Source: Lama glama | Taxonomy: Eukaryota | DNA length: 63,815 bases | Assembly: GCA_028534125.1 (NCBI GenBank) | Contig: CM052850.1 | Location: forward strand, 7,192,186 to 7,256,000 | Reading direction: 5' to 3' | Shown: piece after piece, positions 55,091-63,815 of the stretch | Layout: the number at the start of each line of letters is the position of its first letter | Position numbering within the stretch: the first letter of the stretch is position 1 | Translations under genes and position numbers: made by a program | The notes under the pieces: generated by a model | Databases searched by the model: none | What the model was told of the DNA's origin: nothing | The model's input: the letters and a program-made list of their open reading frames with translations, nothing else

Positions 55091-55635
55091 TCTCTTCACT
55101 CATTCAAAAGATTGGAGCCTGAACCCCATGAATCACTCCTGCTGAGCAAGAGGTCTGAGGAACACCAGAGCATCCTATGTGATGGCAAACTAGGGTTAAT
55201 GGACTTAGAGGCTAATTTCATTCATTCATTTCATTTCATTTCAGTAACTGGCATCCTTTCCAACTTCACTGACAATGCCAGAACTTTCCATTTACCAGCA
55301 TCCTATTCTTAGGCTGGGCTGATCTCAGCTGATCATTATAAGCATTTTTTATGCCATATCTGTTGGAGCAAAAGAGCTTAAAGCTGGGCCCCAAAGTGGC
55401 CTCCATCCACTGACAACCCCTCATCTTGTCCAAGCAGAAAGACTCATTTCAAGCAGATGCCTATTTGATGGTCTGGGAAAAAAGTTGAGATGTTAAAAAT
55501 AAAATAAAATAAAAATAAAAGAGAGAGAGAGAAAAGAAAAGAACTGGCTCCTACAAAAACCTCAAAAATAAAAACAAACCTCCTTTATCAAGATGTCTTC
55601 CCTCCTTGCATCCCTGCCATATAACAGAAGCCCAT

Positions 55636-55855
55636 NNNNNNNNNNNNNNNNNNNNNNNNNNNNNNNNNNNNNNNNNNNNNNNNNNNNNNNNNNNNNNNNN
55701 NNNNNNNNNNNNNNNNNNNNNNNNNNNNNNNNNNNNNNNNNNNNNNNNNNNNNNNNNNNNNNNNNNNNNNNNNNNNNNNNNNNNNNNNNNNNNNNNNNNN
55801 NNNNNNNNNNNNNNNNNNNNNNNNNNNNNNNNNNNNNNNNNNNNNNNNNNNNNNN
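55636..55855. other. Assembly gap (220 N)
   Basis: Run of N. Confidence 0.99.
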
Positions 55856-56519
55856 GGTGAAATGATCTTCTGAGAAGCAGATTTCATTGTCTATTTTAAT
55901 ACTATAGGAAGCAAACAAGGCGCTCGCTAAAGCTTGTCTTCAGAGACAGTGAACACTATAAAGTAGGTTCTCTTGACCTTGAGGTTAAGCGAAGACAGTC
56001 ATTTTCAGAGGTACCCAGAGATGGATAATGAGAAGTCTTCTTTATTGCCTTTGCTCCTGTCCCTGCTCTCCCACGGCCAGGCTGAGCTGCTCTCTGAGGC
56101 TTTTCAGTTTTTGAGGTTGTGAAAGTTAATGAGGATTGGCAAACCCTGGGTGGGACAAGAGATGCAAGTCCACAGTTACCGGTGGGAAAGGAAGGCCTAA
56201 GGACCGCTATCCATTGCTGTCCACTCCTACACATGCCACACTTCCCCACACCAGAGTAGGGAACTGCAGGGGCTTCTGTCTGCTCCACTACTTAGAAACA
56301 GCTTGAGTTCTTGCTTCACTGAGACAAGCAAACCACTAAAAGTAAAGGCCCCCTTCTTTCTTTGGGACCTGGCGGTGGGGAAGGAGGCAAGGAACTAAGC
56401 ATCCCATTTGAACAAACCATTCCCATCCATGTCCAACATGGATAGATGGATGGGTGTCAGATGAAAGGTTTGAATTAATCATACCACTCAGTTCATTACG
56501 TATCACCAGTGTCAGTCTC

Positions 56520-57806
56520 CAGCCAGGTCCCTCTGTGTCTTCCGGCTCACTGATCTGTTCCTCTGTATCATCTAATCTACTGTGGATTCCTTCTAGCATA
56601 TTTTTTATTTCAGTGATTCTATTCTTCAGCTCTGTTTGGTTCTTCTTTATATTTTCTGCTGTGTTCATCCATTCTTCTCCCAAATTCATTAAGCATCTTT
56701 ATGATCATTACCTTGAACTCAATCAGGTAGATGGTGTATCTCTTCTTTGTTTAGTTTTTCTGAGGTTTTGTTGTGATCTTTCATTTGGAACATATCCCTC
56801 TGTCTTCTCTGTGTTTATTTCTATGTATTAGCAGGTCAGTTACATTCCCCAGTCTCAGAGAAGTGGCCCTTATGTAGGAGATGTCCTATGGGGCCCGGCG
56901 GCACGCTCCCCTCTTGCCACCAGAGCTATATGCTCTAGGAATACCCCCCCTGCGGGCTGTGCGGACCCTTCTGTTGTGGCTGGCTGACTACTGCAGGCGT
57001 GCTGGTAGGTGGGGCTGGCCTCTGGCCTGGCTGGCTACCAGGCACTGACCCATGTGGTGGCCACGGGGTCCACTGGTGAGCAGGGCCAGGTCCTGGCAAG
57101 GCTAGCTGTGTGGCCCAGGGGGTCCAGGGCTGTAAGCCCCTGGTGCTATCCGGCTGGAGGGAGGATTCCAAAGTGGTGCGTTCCAGCACCAACGACCTTG
57201 TGGTAGGACAAGCTCCCCAAAATAGCTGCTGCTAGCGCCCATATCCCCAGGGGACATTCCAGTTGCCGCCTTCCTCTCTGGGAGGCTCTCCAAGATCAGA
57301 AAGTGGGTCTGACCCAAGCTCCTTTCAAATTACTGCTTCTGCCCTGGGTCTTGGAGCAGGTGAGATTTAGTGTATACCCTTTAAGAGTGAAGTCTTTGTT
57401 TCTTACAGTGCTCTGGCTCTCCCAAAAGTAAGCCCTGCTGGTTTTTAAAGCCAGACATTCTGGAGGCAAGAACCCTAGGCTGGGGAGCCCAGTGTGGGAC
57501 TCAGACCCCTCCGTCCTCGGGTCTCCTGTTTGTTCTCCTATTTTCTCCTACACATTCTCCTACTTTCTCCTGTTTGTGGGTAGCCCAGCCGGCGGGGTGG
57601 ATCTGGACTACACTGCATCTCCACTCCTCCCACTCGTCTCCTGGTTCCCTCTTTACAGCTTTAGTTGCAGAAAATCTTTTCGATAATCCTCAGTTTGTTC
57701 TCATAGGGAGTTGTAATAGTTGTAACTTTGTAATCGTTGTACTTCTGGTGTGCCCATGGGAGGAAGTAAGCTCAGGGTCTTCCTACTCCACCATCTTGGC
57801 CACATC
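56520..57806 (-). mobile_element. L1/HAL1 5' portion (5'UTR plus ORF1 coiled-coil remnant), antisense to TNR
   Basis: Minus-strand ORF 56336..56689 contains NIKKNQTELKNRITEIKNMLEGIHSRLDDTEEQISE, typical of the L1 ORF1p coiled coil. The minus strand begins gtggCCAAGATGGtggagtaggaagaccctgagc, an L1 5' terminus with a YY1-type motif. Confidence 0.8.
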
Positions 57807-57859
57807 TCACTACATTGTGTTTTCATATCTACAGTTTAATACCTCAATATTAACACCTT

Positions 57860-60800
57860 AATAGCTGGTAGCACAAGTTTTCTTATTTTTCTTTGTCAAA
57901 GTTGACTTAGCTATTTTGTGACCTTTATTTTTCCATAGGCATCTCAGAACAAGTTTATCCAGTTCTCTCAAAGGATATTTCAACCTGAATTTAGATTGGA
58001 ATTGCAATAAATTTATAAATTAATTTGGGGAGAACTGACATCTTTATAATACTAAGTCATCTTTATCAAAAGCATATGTTGTGTCTTCATTTGTTCAAAT
58101 CACCATTATGTTTTTAAATAGAATTTTACATTTTTCTCTATAACTCTTTTTATTCTTGGCTAATTTCTGAACACTTTATAAATTTTATTGCTTGATGACT
58201 TTTATCTAATTTTTGAAATGTTTTGCAGTTGGTTATTGCTGATGTGGAAAAAATGCTGTGAATTTTTGTGTATTGATCCCGTATCTAGCAATCCTGCAGA
58301 ACTCTGTTATTAATTCTAATTATCTATTGTTTCTGTTAAAATTTTTAGGTAAATGTTTTATATCATTTACAAATAATGACAGTTTTATGCCTTATATCTC
58401 TTATTTATTTTTCTTCTTTTATCACATTAGCCAGTACTTTCAGACTATGTTAAATAGTAATAGTGATATTAGGTAACTTTGACTTGCTTCCATTCTTAAA
58501 GGGAATGCCCTTAAAACTTCATGTGGCACAATGTTTGCTAAGTCTTCATTTTTAAGCTCTTTTAGATGGAAAAAAAAAGCTATTTAACTTTTTCAAAAAT
58601 AAAATAAATATATAATTGGCTAACCTTAAATAAACAAGAATATTATTTACTTAAATTAAGTTTTTATTAAGTTATGGAATTTTCTTCTGTTCCAAATTAA
58701 GAATTTTCATCATAAACTTTGCTGTTAAACTTTATCAGTTTTTTTCCTGCACCAACTTATAATTAATTATCCGCTTTTTATCCTTTAGCTTACTAATGAG
58801 ATAAATTACATTGATAGATTTTTAAAATGCATCTATTTATATTCCTAGGAGAAACTAATGCACTGTTGGAATTGGTTAGCTAATATTTTGTTTAGGTTTT
58901 TCACATCTTCAATCACAAATGAAATTGACTTACACACTTTTTTTTTATATAGACCTCCTTATTGGGTTTTGAAATCCATGTTCTACTAACATCATTTAAA
59001 AGGAAAAAAAAGCTGAACAGTTTTCATTCTTTTTTCTACTTTTCTTGGAATAATTCATGTAAGATAGAACTCATCACTGAAACCACCTGGGCACATTTTA
59101 TTGTTGCTGTTTTGTTTGTTTCTTTTTTGGTTTGGGAATGTGAGATGTTTGACTAGAGCCTCTAAGTTTTGTAAATTAATTATCGATCCAAGTTCTTGCT
59201 TTCTTCTTGTATCCATTTTGACCCTTTATAACTTTCTAGGAATTTATTCATTTCATCTGAGTTTTACATTTTAGTAGCATAAAATTCTTCAAAAGACTTT
59301 ATTCATCTCTGCTATATCTGCAGCTCTTTCCCCTTTTCCATTTTATTTTTCTCAACTTTATTTTTTAATCATTCTTGCCAGTGGCTTATTTCTCCTATTA
59401 ATATTTCAAAAGAACCAGCTTTTAGATTTAAGAAGTATATTCATATTTATTGATCCCTTTTGATTCCTTAACGTATCAATATAGTATCTTCTCTCTAAAA
59501 ATCCAAGGACTTGAGCATGTTTTCAAATCCCTCTGCACTCCTCCTCGCTCCTCATTCCTTTCACCTCCACCCCAGAAAATCCTGTTTAGATTTTTAGCTC
59601 TGGGTTGTTATAAACAGGCTTTCTTTTTTTTCTCTTCTTTTATTTAAGACAAAAATAAGAAATTTTACTCAAGTAATCACCCTTACTTCTCATATCTCTA
59701 GGATTTGTCATTCTTCTCAATTGTGTGCTTACTCTAAATTTTCAATAGATTTTGTAAAGGCAAACCTCCTGAAATCTCATATACTTGAGGAAGTTATTTT
59801 TTTATCCTATCCTCACATTTGAGTTACAATTTAATCAGAGACATAAAATAAATCCTCAAATATTTATTTCCTTCCTATTTTAAAATATTATTCCATTGTC
59901 TTCTCATATGCAGTGTTGCCGTTAACAAGTCTGATGTCAATCTGATCCTTGCTCCTCTGTAGGTAGTCTACTTTTTCTTTCTAGAAGCTTTTAGAATGTT
60001 TTCCTTTTTGACAGTCTTACTATATGTCTTGGAGTTCATTTGTCTTTTTATCTCCAGTGTAACACTCTTTGATCACTTTAAATCTGAAATGTTTTATCTT
60101 TAATTCTGAGACATCTATCTTCATTATTTCTTTAAACATTTCCTCCTGTTTTTATTTTCCCTTTTTAGGATTTATATTAGCTAGATGTTTAAATATAGAT
60201 TCTACCCTGTAAATCTTTTAGCTTTTTCTTATGTTTTCTTTCTCTTCATCTTTACCTTTAATTTTTTCAGAGTTCCTTAATCTGATCATCTAATTCATTT
60301 ATTTTCAGCTGGATGTAAATCCCTTATTCATCCCATCTATTGTATTCTTACTTTCAACTATATTGTTCATTCCTAGTGTCCCTATTAATCCTCTACAATT
60401 TCCTCTTCTTTTTCATATTAATATCTTTCCTTACATCCTTATATAAAGTTATCATGCTTAATTTAAACTTGGTCCATCTGTACTGATAATTCTGCTTCAG
60501 ATGATTGATGTCATACTGCCTGCGGTCTTTCTTTCAAGGTAGTCTTACTCTTTAATGAATGGATAATCTGGCCTGTGGGCTCATGTTCCTTTGAGGTTCT
60601 CAGCTGCTCTGTCTCATAATCCAAGTACATGTGAAGGGGGTAGGTACTGATTACTCCATGACAATATGGGGAGGGGGGAAGCAAGAACAGAACTTCAGAA
60701 CTTTCTTGGAACCTATCCTCTCTCTTTTTTGCACTGTTCATCTGGTTTTTGTATCAGATAATGCTGGCCTCATTGAATGAGTTGGAAAATGTTCCCTCTT

Positions 60801-61045
60801 ATTCTATTTTCTGGAAGAGACTGCATAAAATTGGTGATATTTCTTCTTTAAATGTTTGGTATAATTACCAGTGAAGCCACCTGGGCCTGGTGATTCTTTT
60901 TCTAAAAGTTTTACCCATAGAGCCAGTTTCTTTAATAGTTATAGTACTATTCAAGTTACTCATTTCATCTTGGATGACTTTTGGTAGATGGTGAGTTTCA
61001 AGAAATTAGTCCATTTCATCTAAGCCGTTGAATTTATTTACCTAG
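57860..61045 (-). mobile_element. Old L1M ORF2 and ORF1/HAL1 fragments, antisense
   Basis: T-rich plus strand with 'gattggaattgcaataaatttataaattaatttggggagaactgacatcttt', 'aagtctgatgtcaatctgatccttgctcc', 'taatgctggcctcattgaatgagttggaaaatgttccctc', 'ccagtgaagccacctgggcctgg'. Confidence 0.75.
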
Positions 61046-61304
61046 AGTTATTCATGCTATTCAGTAGTACAGGGATGTGTAATCCCTCTAAAGGAAGGGC
61101 AGTAACTTTTGTCAGACAGTATTACAGCCTGCCATAGGTTGTAAGACAGCATTGTGAGCTTTATAGAAGGACCTTATGTTACTTTATACAGGATTTGAAC
61201 TGACCTATTTTTAATCAAGTTGTCCCAAGTGTTTTCAGAAAATCTAATTTTAATTTCCCTTTGCATAATCATAGGGGGATATAGTGCTCACATGACATCA
61301 TATA

Positions 61305-62040
61305 TTTAACAAATATTGATTGAGTACCTACTTGGGTCAGACAGTGTTCTAAGTGCTGAGGATGGAGTGATGAACAAGATAAGCCAGCGACTCCCCTCAT
61401 GAAGCTTACAATCAAGAGGATGAGGCTGTGGGGAATAGACAAAAAGAAGGAAATACGGTAATTTCAAGTAGTGATAATACTATTAAAGAATACAGAGTAA
61501 TGGAATAGGGACAGATATGACATCCCTATCATAGGAAGCCTTTCCTAATTGTCACTTACCACTTTTTCTCCTCATTCCAGACCCTGGCCTCCACGAGGGT
61601 GGTCAGGAAAGGCCTCTGTCTGAGCTGAGATGTTTGAGCCAGCACTTGAATGATAAGAGTGAGTCACACAAGACGAGCATTCCAAGCCTAGGGAAGAGAA
61701 ATTCCTACACCCTGAGGGAGGGAGGGATAAGTATAGCATGGTCAACAAATCAAAAAAAAAGCCAGTGAGGAAGAGGGAGGAGTACAAGGCAGAGTCAGAG
61801 CATGCAGGGATTTGTAGGATGTGATAAAGATTTTAGATTTTATATTAATTGCAAGAAGCCATTACAGTTGGAGCCACTGCATTGAAGAAGCTATTGAAGG
61901 GCTTACAGCAAGTGAGAAAAAGGATGAGACAGTATCATATTTATACCATAAAAAATTACTCTGGTTAAAATATGGAGAATGGATGCAAGTCGGGCCAGAA
62001 TGGCTGGAACAGACCAGGTAGGAGGCATTACCACGACCCG
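61305..62040 (-). mobile_element. LINE-2 fragment incl. 3' end
   Basis: 'tttaacaaatattgattgagtacctact...agtgttctaagtgctgaggat...tgaacaagat', 'ggtggtcaggaaaggcctct'. Confidence 0.7.
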
Positions 62041-62339
62041 ACCCTCTCCTTGCCATATTAAATCAAGAGCCACAGAGAGGGCCAAGCTGTCATGGAATCT
62101 GGTCTCCTGTTACAAGTGAATCCAAGGAGTGTAAGGCAAATTCTGTCATAACATTTCTCTACTATTAGGGTGCCTTTAGCTATCATTGAAGGGAAGATCT
62201 GGAAGCCTGCTGCATTTGCCTTTGTGGGGTGGAAGGCACAGGTGGTCTGCAGAGGTTAAGGACATTCCTTAGCAGCTCTGCTTGAGATAAAGACACCCAG
62301 GCTGTCTATTGCTTGGTTAATTCTGTGTTCCCATTGGCT

Positions 62340-63005
62340 CCTTAAAGGCTACTGTCACCTCTCCACCTACATTCCCACTACTACCTCCTGAATGGGGTCT
62401 TACTTCTACTCTCACCCCCATCTAATTCATTCTCTGTGCTACAGTAAGAATAACCTTCTTAAAAACTTGAGCTTAAAGTCTATCAGTGGACTTTTTGTCC
62501 TATTTTCTTCAGGAGAAGGTCCAGCTCCTTAAAAGGTATGATCCAGTCCCTCTTATCTCCCCAAAGCTCTCCCTCATCCATCCAACCCAGCTCTTCCTCT
62601 TGTTGGCTGGTTAAAACCTGCAGTTTCCCATATAGGCCATGTTTTACACAGACCTAGACCCTCTTCCACCAATTTGTGGCTAACTGCTACATCAGTTCCT
62701 AAAATAAGAAGCACTTTCTGATTAGCACTTGCTAATGCCTGCCCCATACCAGGCTCCACCGCCCCCCATACCCTTACCAGCCCCAGGGTCACTGCATGCC
62801 CACTTCCCTGTTTTGATAGCTCCCTATGTTTAATCCCTTTTCCAGAGCACTTAGAACTTGGGGTTGTATCTGTCCGTTTCTCCCACCAAAGTGTGAGCAA
62901 CTTGAAAGACGGGACTGTGTTTCTTTCTTCCTTATAGTCCAATCTCTTAGCCCAGCATTTAGAACCCAACAGACCCTTCCTATATGTTTGTTGAATGAAT
63001 ACACA
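62340..63005 (+). mobile_element. LINE-2 fragment incl. 3' end
   Basis: 'cccatctaattcattctctgtgct', ending 'gggactgtgtttc...cttagcccagcatt...atatgtttgttgaatgaat'. Confidence 0.55.
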
Positions 63006-63655
63006 AAAGAATAAACAGGTAAATGAATTGGAAGATGCTGTGGAGGAGGATACGGTGGTAGGTTTGACAGCCCATGTGTGCTAAACAGTTAACTTCTCCC
63101 TGTCCACAGCCTCAGAGTGACTCCCCAAACCCTGCTAACCACAAACCCACTTCTGGGGAAAAAAATCTAAGTGCACATGGCCAGAGATGGTTCCACCTGT
63201 GCTTCTATGGAGCTACACATTTTTCTCTGCAACCTGCTGAGGTTGTTTTCAGAGAGAAACACTGATATGATGGCTTCAGCCTGGATGCTAAGGCCATTAA
63301 GAATGGGCAGTAGGGAGACACTCTCCAAAGCCATTAAGTCTGACCATTTGAAAGACCGCATCCAAGAACACAAAGCAAGTAAGGGACAGGGCAGGAACTG
63401 AAAGTCTCTTCCTTCACTCCCAGCTGGCTGGGGACTGTCTGTTAGCGCTATGTGTCACGTGGCTCACTTCCCTCTACTCAGCATTCAGCCTCCAATGTAC
63501 AACACAGACCAGTCTCTGAGAAATTCTTCTGGTGAGTGCCCTGGTCCTGTTGATCTCCTAATCTCATCTAGAGACACTTAACCATGAGATATTTCAGTGT
63601 GCCGATCGCTTAGCATTGCTGTCCTCTTAACTTGGTAAACACCATAGCCTGCGCC

Positions 63656-63697
63656 AAAAAAAAAAAAAAAAGAAAGAAAGAAAGAAAGAAAGAAAAG
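63656..63697. repeat. Poly-A plus (GAAA)n microsatellite
   Basis: Read directly from the sequence. Confidence 0.9.
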
Positions 63698-63815
63698 CCT
63701 CTTTGTCATGCCAGGCCAGTAATTGTATCAAAGGGAAAGGGAAGAAAAACCTTCCAGTTTTGCTCTTCATCCTAAAATTTCTGCCTTGGGAAAAATTACT
63801 GGGATGATCCATGTT

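Noticed and set aside
56336-56689. 117-aa coiled-coil ORF as a novel or domesticated gene
   Set aside because: It is a short L1 ORF1p remnant that runs into unrelated flanking sequence, with no evidence of expression or constraint.
52286-63815. Truncation or pseudogenisation of TNR because no fibrinogen-domain exon is seen
   Set aside because: All visible exons are intact and the last has a normal donor. The following intron is long in orthologues as I recall, so the exons are probably beyond the window. The 220-N gap at 55636-55855 cannot be formally excluded as hiding one.

Overview
Mammalian genomic DNA, not microbial. The window holds most of the tenascin-R gene (TNR) on the + strand. 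Fifteen GT-AG coding exons (3408-52285, 3118 visible coding nt) splice in one open frame and encode the signal peptide and assembly domain, 4.5 EGF-like repeats, and FNIII repeats 2-5, A and 6-8. The FNIII-1 exon is not visible and most likely lies in the 420-N gap at 12708-13127. The fibrinogen-domain exons should lie downstream of the window. Introns contain old mammalian repeats (MIR, L2, L3/CR1, MaLR, MER21-like, MER63-like, L1M), a younger MER41-like solo LTR with an intact 4-bp target-site duplication nested in a MER21-like LTR, and an antisense L1/HAL1 5' end. The repeat content suggests a cetartiodactyl, possibly a camelid (inference). I found no support for a new multi-gene biological system. 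The best leads are regulatory: a uORF toggled by an alternative acceptor, two dense intronic TF-motif clusters, QKI/RBFOX motifs and a poly(A) signal around the alternative FNIII-A exon, and the nested LTRs. Repeat family names and orthologue comparisons are from memory, not from a search.
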